Assembly: GCA_048886185.1 (NCBI GenBank)
Contig: JBHLKY010000015.1
Span: 1-32,000 of the forward strand
Reading direction: 5' to 3'
Source of the DNA: Candidatus Hermodarchaeota archaeon
Lineage (GTDB): Archaea > Asgardarchaeota > Heimdallarchaeia > Hodarchaeales > Hodarchaeaceae
Length of the DNA: 32,000 nt
Below are positions 1 through 8,656 of this stretch, one piece after another; the first letter of the stretch is position 1; each line of letters begins with the position of its first letter. The position numbers and the translations under genes are program-made. The notes beneath the pieces were generated by a model that saw only the letters and a list, made by a program, of their open reading frames with translations, did not search any database and was not told the DNA's origin.

Positions 1-2
1 GT

Positions 3-422
3 TCTACTGGAATGTATGTAAATGAAAGAGCTGATATAGTAGGTCCAGTTTCAAATGTTTCTGGGAGGGTCGAAATACACATACCCTATTGGCCAAAATT
101 GAAATATGCTATCCAATGGGATACTGCTGCTACTGCCCCTAATTTGACTAGTGTGCTTGCAGGATATTGGGTAGGCTTTAAACGGAGAAATGCTGGACAT
201 ACTTTCACAAAATTAAGGCCGTTGACTTCAGCAATGAGAGGTAATCATGAAATGATATATCAAGAATTCGAGTGGCTTCAACAAGATCAATCATTTCCAG
301 GTGTTATTGGTGCCTGGTATTGTGAAGAATCGTCTCGACTTTATATTGTCACTTATTACGATCTCGATATCGATCTAATCCCAAATGCTCTAAAATTTTT
401 TGATTCCTTTGTATGTCATTGA
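3..422 (+). CDS. Hypothetical protein, probably 5'-truncated by the window edge; C-terminus weakly resembles PsbP/Mog1-like exported archaeal proteins
   Basis: Frame is open from position 3 (first ATG at 12). It ends in ...GAWYCEESSRLYIVTYY...FFDSFVCH, a W-Y-C...S-F-x-C-H pattern I recall from archaeal hypothetical exported proteins. The fold call is weak. Confidence 0.6.
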   Translation, partial: STGMYVNERADIVGPVSNVSGRVEIHIPYWPKLKYAIQWDTAATAPNLTSVLAGYWVGFKRRNAGHTFTKLRPLTSAMRGNHEMIYQEFEWLQQDQSFPGVIGAWYCEESSRLYIVTYYDLDIDLIPNALKFFDSFVCH

Positions 423-683
423 CGAAATTATCTTTCTAAAGACTTTACAAATACCTTAGTATATGAAATTAAATAAGAATATACATTCATCCAGCCTTTT
501 ACGACAGTGATTAATAGAGTTTTAGCAAATATATATAGAATCACTATTTGTCCTAATAATGCTTTTTTTAATTATTTGTCCCATTTTTTCTGTACTCGTC
601 CCTAATGACGTAAAACCGTAAGATCTCATATATACTTAGAAAAAAACGGGGAAAAAAACTTTTTGTGAAAATCAATATGCTAG

Positions 684-881
684 TTATGAAAAGAAACCAT
701 GAGAGGGATTTTTGATTTCAGAGTTGATATCAATGGAGGTAGTAGAAGGGAGATAGAAGATTCCAAATTCATTAATCCATTGATTTATGACAATACATGG
801 GTATTTTTCATGGTATTTGGACATTAACCGTTGGTTAAGTGACATTTCATCAAACTTCGTAAAATCCGTATTTGAAGACAT
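684..881 (-). CDS. Small hypothetical protein (65 aa), doubtful
   Basis: ATG-started ORF in otherwise empty space; no recognisable motif. Confidence 0.3.
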   Translation of the reverse strand: MSSNTDFTKFDEMSLNQRLMSKYHEKYPCIVINQWINEFGIFYLPSTTSIDINSEIKNPSHGFFS

Positions 882-944
882 TTCTAAATGATCAGAATCA
901 AAAAATTTCTCGGGGGAAGTGTTCTTTGATTTTCTTATTATTTG

Positions 945-1096
945 AAAGAACCGAAAGATCCCTCCTCACAATGAATGAGGTTCTTGAGGAAGTGCATTAA
1001 GATGAAAAGGAAGACAGAAAATGGTAAAATCCCGTTTTAGTATGTTTATCACTTAAATCATTCTTGCATTGGATTCATGATCTTTCGGTCTTCTTT
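945..1096. repeat. Imperfect inverted repeat bounding a ~150-bp segment that contains direct-repeat copy 1
   Basis: AAAGAACCGAAAGATC (945-960) versus GATCTTTCGGTCTTCTTT (1079-1096): 11-bp perfect core (950-960/1079-1089), extending to 16 bp with a 2-nt bulge. Confidence 0.6.
979..1074. repeat. Direct repeat copy 1 (96 bp)
   Basis: GGTTCTTGAGGAAGTGCATTAAGATGAAA...TTAAATCATTCTTGCATTGGAT aligns by hand to 2085-2181 with 8 mismatches and 1 gap. Confidence 0.95.
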
Positions 1097-1283
1097 ATCA
1101 CTACACATTCTCTCTCATAGTCGTTTTATAATTCGTTCTAATACTGATTTGACAATTATTTCAGCCATAAGGTTCCCTCCTTAATCAACAATATTCTTTA
1201 AAATAATTATTCCAACTCTATATAAGAAATTTGACTCCATCGTCATGGCTCTGTCGATCCCCTCACTTTCAAAAAACATAGTC

Positions 1284-1904
1284 TTATTTTTTTCTAGATA
1301 TCCAGATTGTCATTATACTTAATAAAAGAAATGCGAGATAAGTTTCAACATAAGTATAACCAATAACAGTACCCTTCTTTTGTACAATAACGAATTCGAA
1401 TCGTGAAACATACCATTTATTTGTAAGAGTTAATTCAAGTTGGGGAGCAATTGTCTTGTCCCAGTATCTGATATCTGATTCATTTTTTGAATTGCAATCA
1501 AATTCTACTACTCCATAATAACGATCGAATGTCGAATTCTCTTTATATGGATCACCTTGGTAAAAATCATCGTAGTCATGCATAATATGGGTGTACTCAA
1601 AATTGAAACCTAGGATTAATGGGTATTTTTGTATTTCTAGTGAAAGATCTTCGTTTAAATATTCCCGAAAAATATCATTAGGACCAATAATGGAATCATC
1701 AGTTGAGTTTATTACCCATGGACAGGCAACAACATTGCTATTATTTTGACCAGAGAAGATTATTCCTCCAGCTTTGCCTTTGAAAGCTTCAGGATAATCA
1801 TCAGGTAAACTAGTAACCGTATAAAATACAGTAGAGGTGGTTATAAGGATTATAAGACATAAGAAAAGAAAAAAACCAATTTTTCTTTCTTTATGTTGTG
1901 TCAT
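1284..1904 (-). CDS. Orphan membrane-anchored protein (N-terminal and C-terminal hydrophobic helices, exported middle domain)
   Basis: 206-aa ORF with KIGFFLFLCLIILITTSTVFY near the N-terminus and YLAFLLLSIMTIWISRKK at the C-terminus; two Cys in the soluble part. Confidence 0.75.
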   Translation of the reverse strand: MTQHKERKIGFFLFLCLIILITTSTVFYTVTSLPDDYPEAFKGKAGGIIFSGQNNSNVVACPWVINSTDDSIIGPNDIFREYLNEDLSLEIQKYPLILGFNFEYTHIMHDYDDFYQGDPYKENSTFDRYYGVVEFDCNSKNESDIRYWDKTIAPQLELTLTNKWYVSRFEFVIVQKKGTVIGYTYVETYLAFLLLSIMTIWISRKK

Positions 1905-2084
1905 AATTGAAAAAGAATCAAAGCTATATTTAAGACCTTTTTTTTTCTCGTCAAATAATTTCAGTAGAAGGCGTTAATAGTTTTTTTCTAATACTGATAT
2001 CGTTTAACGTTGGAAGGGACATAAATTTGAATTAATATCATTAATTAGATGAATAATATCTTCTGATCGTCAGGTCATGGTAAC

Positions 2085-2181
2085 GGTTCTTGAGGAAGTG
2101 CATTAAGATGAAATGGAAGTCAAAATAATGGTAAAATCCCTTTTTAGTATGTTTAACGCTTAAATCATTCTTGTGTTGGAT
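2085..2181. repeat. Direct repeat copy 2 (97 bp), overlapping the last 17 nt of the MFS gene
   Basis: About 91% identical to 979-1074 by hand alignment; includes the MFS stop codon at 2165-2167. Confidence 0.95.
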
Positions 2182-3646
2182 CCTTTTTATACCTGGATAG
2201 AAGTTTACGAATATTAATTTTTCTAACCTTTAAAGGAAGAATTGTGATTTCTGCTCCTCTATCATAACCAAGGCGGAAATATTTTATAAAGAAATATTTT
2301 AGAGGATGAATTAGTATACCTGGGATTTCTGGCTCTTTTACAGTAATCAATATAGAAAGACAAAACAGGATAATGAAACCTCTTAATAGAAAGACAATGG
2401 GGATATTATTAATGATTTCGATAACTATACCGCCTAAAAGTGGTCCAAGAAACATTGCAATCCCATTTATAGTGTTGTAAATTGCTATTAACTGCATTCT
2501 ATATTGGGGATGAACAATATCAAGTAAAAAAACAGATAATGAAGCATTAAAAATCCCCCATCCTATTCCCATCAAGATCCATGTAAAAAATCCCCATTCA
2601 TAGACAGATATTTTAAAATAATATGGAAAAGTTACTCCAATTGTTCCTAAAGCCACAAAAAAAGCCCCAATGATAAGGGGTGGTTTTCGCCCGATTTTGT
2701 CCAATAAGCCAATCCGAACGAATAATAATCCTAATATTACTTGTGATATGGTAGAAAGACTTGTAAAGACTGAAGCCATAAAGAAGGAGATGTGATATAC
2801 TTCTATTTTTAGGATGATGAAGAATGGTGCAGCTAGATTAACCGCAAAGTAAAAAACGCCCGAAAAAACGCAGAACCGCCAAAAATTACCAAATTTCTTA
2901 TAATATCTGTTTATTTTTTGTAATGTTGTTAAATTTGAACGAGTTTCGGGATAAATCATTTCTCGGTGTATGGTGAGGGAGGAATCCATCTTATTATAAG
3001 GCTGGTAATCTGATACACTAAAATAAAAGATTAATGATGCTAATAATCCTAATATACAAGTCCATACAAACAATAAAGCAAACGATATGTTCAAATCAAT
3101 AAGTAAATTATCCGATAGAGCACTAACAGCAAAACCACTGAAAATTGTCCCGCAAAACGCTCCTCCTAAACCCAACCAAGTCATAGTACCTATTTTATGG
3201 GCCCGTTCTTTTTGTGGTATATGTTCTGCAAGTAGTGATGCTTGAGTTGAAACGGAGGCAGAATAAAAAAAGCCTTGAATTGTCCGAATTATAAGGAGAT
3301 AGATAAAATGGCCTATTTTTATTAAAGAGATTGGAATAAAAAGACAGAATGTTATCATCCAACCTAAAAGGACAAAGAATTTAGATTTGCGGATTTTCAG
3401 AGAAAGGTTAATCCAAAATAGTTGAAATATACTCACTAATGAAAATAATCCTGACATAAATCCAATTTGACTAGAAGTTGCACCAATTAATCGTGCGAAA
3501 ATGGGCATAAAATGATCAACACCTCCTCTACTGGTACTCTCTAGAAAATTGGCTAAAGCCCAACCTGTAAAATTATATTTAGATTGATTCTCCGTAGTAA
3601 ATCTATTTGTAAGATCATTAATTTGAGAAGGTTCGTCCATTTCCAC
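2165..3646 (-). CDS. Major facilitator superfamily transporter
   Basis: About 12 hydrophobic segments in two halves; motif-A-like GLLDKIGRKP in the second half; basic C-terminal tail. Alternative ATG start at 3640. Confidence 0.9.
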   Translation of the reverse strand: MEMDEPSQINDLTNRFTTENQSKYNFTGWALANFLESTSRGGVDHFMPIFARLIGATSSQIGFMSGLFSLVSIFQLFWINLSLKIRKSKFFVLLGWMITFCLFIPISLIKIGHFIYLLIIRTIQGFFYSASVSTQASLLAEHIPQKERAHKIGTMTWLGLGGAFCGTIFSGFAVSALSDNLLIDLNISFALLFVWTCILGLLASLIFYFSVSDYQPYNKMDSSLTIHREMIYPETRSNLTTLQKINRYYKKFGNFWRFCVFSGVFYFAVNLAAPFFIILKIEVYHISFFMASVFTSLSTISQVILGLLFVRIGLLDKIGRKPPLIIGAFFVALGTIGVTFPYYFKISVYEWGFFTWILMGIGWGIFNASLSVFLLDIVHPQYRMQLIAIYNTINGIAMFLGPLLGGIVIEIINNIPIVFLLRGFIILFCLSILITVKEPEIPGILIHPLKYFFIKYFRLGYDRGAEITILPLKVRKINIRKLLSRYKKDPTQE

Positions 3647-4018
3647 TTTCTCTTTACCTGTTTTTCCAATGGAAATATTTTTTATAACGATTTGAATGGA
3701 TATAAGAGATTTTTTTAAAGAAGCTTAATTTAGATATGGCTGTTTTGAATATTGTTCTTATTTCTAATTTGAAGTTATAAGTGTTAGAAAAAGAGAAAAT
3801 ATCGATTAATAATATTTAAATCTGTATTGTTGAGACAAAATCTTATTTAAGGTTATTAATTCAATTTTTAATGAATCATTAATTTACACTGGAATATTTA
3901 ATGTTCTTTTTGGCTATAGGTATTTTTATTCGAATAGTATTGAGATATTAATCATAATAATAGCTGCTGTTTCATGTCTAAGGCTATATTTTAGTAGAAA
4001 ACAGAAAATGTCGCAAAT

Positions 4019-6769
4019 TTAAGCTAATATTTCTAATTGTTCTTTTAACTGGGCTCTCTTTCCCTTTAATTCTTTTAATTTATCTTTTTCTTTTTCAACA
4101 ATATCTGGAGGCGCTTTTTGGGCAAATGGACCTTCCAACTTGGAATATATCTGTTTAATTCTTTTCTGAACATTTTCTAATCTATTTTCTACCTTTTTCC
4201 TTTCTTTTACCAGATCTATTACTCCTTCTAAAGGAATATAAGCGGTTATTCCCTGTATAACAAGACGAGCCGCCCGTTTGGTGTCTTCTAAATGAGGTAA
4301 TATGTAAACTTTTTCTGAATTAATTTTACCAAGAGTTATGATTTCATTTCGATATCTTTCAAGGAAATTTACTCTCACATCTGATTGCACTATTAATGGA
4401 ACTGTTTGTGATAAACTGACATCAAATGCAGCCCTGATTCTTCTTATCTCATGAATGAAATCCATTATGAATTTGAACTCCTCTTCGAGTTCTATGTCTA
4501 TGAAATCTTCAATACAATCTGGCCAATTGCCCACGATTAATGCAGGACCTTGTTTAACAGTTTTAGGTAAATTTTGCCACAATTTCTCGGTGATGAAGGG
4601 AACCATTGGATGCAATAATTTTAAGCAGTAATCCAAGACATGTAGTAAGATCACTTTAGGGATAATTTTATCGGTTTCTTCTTCATCATAAAGTCTTATT
4701 TTACTAATCTCAATATACCAATCACAGAATTCATTCCAATAAAAGGCTTTGATTTCTCTGGATGCTTTCAGGTAATCAAAGTTTGTCATATTTTCTGAAA
4801 CAATTTTTACTAGTGAATGTAATCGTGATAGAATCCACTTATCTGGATATTGTAAATCAGCTATTTTGAAGTTCTTAATCGAAGGTAATTCATCATCTCT
4901 CTGAACATTATTAAGTATAAAACGGGTTGATTGCCAGATTTTATTTAGAAAATGATGGGCTGATTCCAATTGGCGGGGATCCAAGTTTGTGTCTATACCA
5001 GGAATACTATTGGATATTAGAACGAATCGCAATGAATCGGCCCCATATTCAGATATAATGTGTAATGGATCGTATTTATCGACATCTTCCATAGACTTGC
5101 TAATCTTTCTGCCCCTTTCATCTCGGATAAGACCGTGCAAATAAACAGTTTTATACGGCGATCTGCCTGTTAATTCGATTCCAAGCATCATCTCTCTAGC
5201 AACCCAAAAGAAAAGAATATCATATCCAGTTTCTCGTGTATCCGTAGGAAAGAATCGTTTAAAATCAGGGTGATCTGTGTTCGGCCATCCAAGTGTTGAG
5301 AATGGCCATAAACCACTTGAAAACCATGTATCTAAGACATCTTCTTCTTGTCTCAAATTTTCACTTCCACAACTTGGGCATTTTTCGAGCTTATCAACAC
5401 TTGGAGGAGGACATATCTCTTCATTACATTCGCAATACCAGATCGGTATTCTATGCCCCCACCAGAGCTGTCTACTGATACACCAATCGTGTATATTTTC
5501 CATCCACAGGAAAAATCTTTTTTCTTCTCGTTCAGGTATAATAATTGTTTCTTTCTTACGTATTCTCTCTAGAGCGGCATTTGCTAAAGTTTTTGTTCTA
5601 ACAAACCATTGCAGAGAAATTCTAGGTTCAATTATTGTATCACATCGTTGGCAATGAGGCTCTTGGTGAAGATAAGGTTCTATTTTAACTAATAGATTTT
5701 CTTTCTTCAAATCCTTTACAATTGCTTCACGGCCCTCCTCACGTGTCATACCAACATAAGGACCTGAATGTTCAGGTAGTAAGTGTACTCTTTCATCTAG
5801 GACAGTTATTACTTCTAAATTATGTCGTTGGCCAATCTCAAAGTCATTAGGGTCATGGCCAGGAGTGATTTTTAGAGCACCTGTTCCAAATTCAGGATCT
5901 ACATAATCATCAACTATAATTGGAATTTCCCGTGCATTAACAGGCAGTATTGCTGTTTTTCCTTCGAATTTACCATACTTTTCATGATTAGCAGCGATAG
6001 CAACAGCTGTATCTCCTAAGAGAGTTTCAGGGCGGGTTGTAGCAACAACAATAAACTCTGGTGCTCCTTCAGCCCACTTACCACTCCCCCACTCAGCTAG
6101 TGGCTTTTTCCAATCCTCATCCACGATTGGATATTTGATGTACCATAACTGACTTGCCTTCTCCCCAGATATTGTTTCTAGATCAGAAATTGCAGATTCA
6201 CAACGAGGGCACCAATTAACCATATATTCCCCTCTATAGATCAATCCTTTTGAATATAAACGGTAGAATGCTTCACGAACAGCTCGTGTACAAACCGAGT
6301 CAAGCGTGAATCTTTCTCTGTTCCAATCGCTACTCATCCCCATCCGTTTTGATTGTTCTGTTATCCGTGTATGATATTTTTCCTTCCATTCCCAGACTTT
6401 TTCGATGAATTTCTCTCGTCCTAAATCCTTTCTTTTAATTCCCTGTTTCAATAGTTCCCTTTCGACTACATTTTGGGTTGCAATTCCTGCGTGATCCGTA
6501 CCAGGGATAAATAAAGCTTCCTTTTGTTGCATACGCGCGAATCGTGTCATAAAATCTTCAATAGAAATTGTAACTGCATGACCAAGATGAAGCTGACCAG
6601 TTACATTTGGCAATGGAATTGTAATACAAAATCGGGGGCTCTTATGTCTATCCACTAATCCCAATTCGATTTGCTTTTCAGGTCTAAAAAATCCATTTCC
6701 TTCCCACCATTCATAGATTTCTTCTTCGAGGCCCCGATGATCATAGGAGGTACCAAGTCCTTCATTCAT
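4019..6769 (-). CDS. valS: Valyl-tRNA synthetase, bacterial/eukaryotic-type
   Basis: PNVTGQLHLGH (HIGH), TDHAGIATQ, ATTRPETLLGDTAVA, FGTGALKITPGHD, WCISRQLWWGHRIP, DVLDTWFSS, GYDILFFWVARE, KISKS (KMSKS variant), and a C-terminal coiled-coil arm containing KAPPDIVEKEK. Confidence 0.98.
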   Translation of the reverse strand: MNEGLGTSYDHRGLEEEIYEWWEGNGFFRPEKQIELGLVDRHKSPRFCITIPLPNVTGQLHLGHAVTISIEDFMTRFARMQQKEALFIPGTDHAGIATQNVVERELLKQGIKRKDLGREKFIEKVWEWKEKYHTRITEQSKRMGMSSDWNRERFTLDSVCTRAVREAFYRLYSKGLIYRGEYMVNWCPRCESAISDLETISGEKASQLWYIKYPIVDEDWKKPLAEWGSGKWAEGAPEFIVVATTRPETLLGDTAVAIAANHEKYGKFEGKTAILPVNAREIPIIVDDYVDPEFGTGALKITPGHDPNDFEIGQRHNLEVITVLDERVHLLPEHSGPYVGMTREEGREAIVKDLKKENLLVKIEPYLHQEPHCQRCDTIIEPRISLQWFVRTKTLANAALERIRKKETIIIPEREEKRFFLWMENIHDWCISRQLWWGHRIPIWYCECNEEICPPPSVDKLEKCPSCGSENLRQEEDVLDTWFSSGLWPFSTLGWPNTDHPDFKRFFPTDTRETGYDILFFWVAREMMLGIELTGRSPYKTVYLHGLIRDERGRKISKSMEDVDKYDPLHIISEYGADSLRFVLISNSIPGIDTNLDPRQLESAHHFLNKIWQSTRFILNNVQRDDELPSIKNFKIADLQYPDKWILSRLHSLVKIVSENMTNFDYLKASREIKAFYWNEFCDWYIEISKIRLYDEEETDKIIPKVILLHVLDYCLKLLHPMVPFITEKLWQNLPKTVKQGPALIVGNWPDCIEDFIDIELEEEFKFIMDFIHEIRRIRAAFDVSLSQTVPLIVQSDVRVNFLERYRNEIITLGKINSEKVYILPHLEDTKRAARLVIQGITAYIPLEGVIDLVKERKKVENRLENVQKRIKQIYSKLEGPFAQKAPPDIVEKEKDKLKELKGKRAQLKEQLEILA

Positions 6770-6853
6770 AGTTATTTCTCCATATTATAAACCACTACTT
6801 ATTTTGATCTATTTCATCTTTATGAACAGTAGTAGAGGTGAATCCACATCATT

Positions 6854-8641
6854 GTGAAATTTTTTATAACTGAAATAAAAACTAGTTCTTGCAATCGAGG
6901 TTACCTCCAGATGAGCTCGTATGATAATTTTTTGAAACCAAGTGAACCTCACTTAGTTGTGGGGCGGCGAAGCCATGAAAAACGATTTGAAGCGATTTTG
7001 GCCGATTTTAAAGAGAATAATCTCAAAGGAAATTTCATTCTCATATCTGGGTCACCTGGAATTGGGAAAACAAGTCTGTTGAAAGTATTTGGTGAAATTG
7101 TAAAGAATGAGATGATGATTTTTGTTCCTGTTAGTATTGGAATGGGAGGGAAAATGAATCAATATCTCTTTCGTGACATATATCAGGCGATTTCCCCTCA
7201 TTTGACGGAAGAAAAAACAGGGTTCTTTAAGAAATCTAAAGAGGAATCAATAAAAGCTTTTACTCCTAAATCAAAAATGTCTGAAATCATCAGTAGCTTT
7301 TCTAATAATCTAACTCATCGCCCCATTAAATCTCCTATTGTAGTTGCTTTAGATCCACTAGATAGAATTCTAGATTCCGGGCAAAAATATGTTATTGAGG
7401 GTTTTCAAGCTCTAATAAAAGTTCTACAGAGTAGGTTTCCACAAGTATTGTTTATTGGTACTTGCCAAGAATACAATGCTGAAGAGATAAAAGAACTTGT
7501 TCAAATTAGTGAGTATTTTGTCTTAGATAAGTTAGATTTTTCTGATTCAAAGCTCTTAATCTCTAAGATCGCTCGCGGAACATTACGAAGTAGTAGTCAA
7601 TTACGAGATGAGTTAGTGAAACAAAGTGATCGCTCCCCTTTCAATCTTGTTTTCATTGTAGATGTGATCCATTGGGTTGAAGACAAAATTAAGCAGGAGG
7701 ATTTAGATGACAACGAAAGAACAATTAAAGAGATGGCTCAACCTTTCGTCCGTACCTTTGCTCTTCGCTCTTTTCTTCAGGAAATACTTAAAATTAATGA
7801 GGGGGAAAATGAAGTACTCCAACTTATGCTAGGATCCCCTCGTAATGCTGTTTCTCAAGAAGTATTTGACTCAGCCAAGATTCCAAGTAGTAACCTCAGC
7901 AGCTTAGAAACCAAAGGATTAATATCTAAACACGGAGATTATTATCAATTATCAAGTTATGCATCTTTTACTCTGCTAGGTTCAGGTCTTTCAGTTGTGG
8001 ATTTAAAAGCTGAGGCAGGTCTATTACTCCAAATTCTAGAAACAGATATGATGATGGGATTTGAGATCAATCCAAAGGTTTTGGAACGGTTAGAACAGGC
8101 TTCATTCTCTGCAGGACGATTAGAAGATAAATCTATACCAAATCGTACAAAATCCCTTTTTCAAAGTGCTTTTGAAACCAGAAAATTCTTTGAAGCTTAT
8201 CGTTTAGCTTTACTTACAGGTAATTTTTTACGGATGGCGAAGGATGTGGAGGGTTGTGGTCTTTTCTTTGAGGAATGTGCCCGAGAGTTCTATAATCAAG
8301 AGAAACTTCCATATACAATTGCACTTTATCGAAAATCTCTGGAAGCATATCGTTTAGTAAAGAATGAGAGGAAACGTAAAGATATCAGTCAGCGAACTGC
8401 AATGATTTATCTTCAAAATGCTGAAAAATATGATAAGCAACACCAATTAGAATTAGCCCGATCATCATACTATCACGCTTTTAAATTATTTGAAGGAGCA
8501 GATGACATCAATTCAGCAACTGATGCTGTTAGTAAGGCAATTAAGACATATTCATCAGATGCAGAGGCATCTTTCTTTAAATCACTTCAAAAAAATCTCA
8601 AACCAAGAATAGTAAAATCTCCAACAGAGATTAATAATTGA
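6854..8641 (+). CDS. STAND/AAA_16-like P-loop NTPase with winged helix and C-terminal TPR/alpha-SNAP-like helical repeats
   Basis: VVGR pre-P-loop motif, Walker A ISGSPGIGKT, Walker B-like IVVALDPLD, GxP-equivalent RSPFNL, wHTH-like LSSLETKGLISKHGDYYQL, and helical repeats after about 8190. Start is either GTG 6854 (GAGGTGA upstream) or ATG 6911. Confidence 0.8.
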   Translation: MKFFITEIKTSSCNRGYLQMSSYDNFLKPSEPHLVVGRRSHEKRFEAILADFKENNLKGNFILISGSPGIGKTSLLKVFGEIVKNEMMIFVPVSIGMGGKMNQYLFRDIYQAISPHLTEEKTGFFKKSKEESIKAFTPKSKMSEIISSFSNNLTHRPIKSPIVVALDPLDRILDSGQKYVIEGFQALIKVLQSRFPQVLFIGTCQEYNAEEIKELVQISEYFVLDKLDFSDSKLLISKIARGTLRSSSQLRDELVKQSDRSPFNLVFIVDVIHWVEDKIKQEDLDDNERTIKEMAQPFVRTFALRSFLQEILKINEGENEVLQLMLGSPRNAVSQEVFDSAKIPSSNLSSLETKGLISKHGDYYQLSSYASFTLLGSGLSVVDLKAEAGLLLQILETDMMMGFEINPKVLERLEQASFSAGRLEDKSIPNRTKSLFQSAFETRKFFEAYRLALLTGNFLRMAKDVEGCGLFFEECAREFYNQEKLPYTIALYRKSLEAYRLVKNERKRKDISQRTAMIYLQNAEKYDKQHQLELARSSYYHAFKLFEGADDINSATDAVSKAIKTYSSDAEASFFKSLQKNLKPRIVKSPTEINN

Positions 8642-8645
8642 AACG

Positions 8646-8650
8646 GGTGA
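8646..8650 (+). promoter_or_regulatory. Archaeal-type ribosome-binding site GGTGA
   Basis: GGGTGAGAAGTT-ATG; 6 nt upstream of ATG 8657, inside the 15-bp gap after the ATPase stop. Confidence 0.6.
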
Positions 8651-8656
8651 GAAGTT

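Noticed and set aside
979-2181. Direct repeats as a CRISPR array
   Set aside because: Only two copies, ~97 bp long, 1.1 kb apart; no repeat-spacer periodicity and no cas genes.
5277-5657. Plus-strand ORFs 5277-5657, 5293-5478 and 5348-5572
   Set aside because: Antisense shadows inside valS with no motifs.
6050-6130. Insertion in ValRS as an intein or intron
   Set aside because: Only ~20 aa, in frame, with no Cys/Ser...His-Asn splice motifs.
6854-8641. ATPase as an NSF/Cdc48 orthologue
   Set aside because: Single NTPase domain with STAND/AAA_16-like features; no second region of homology and no tandem AAA modules.
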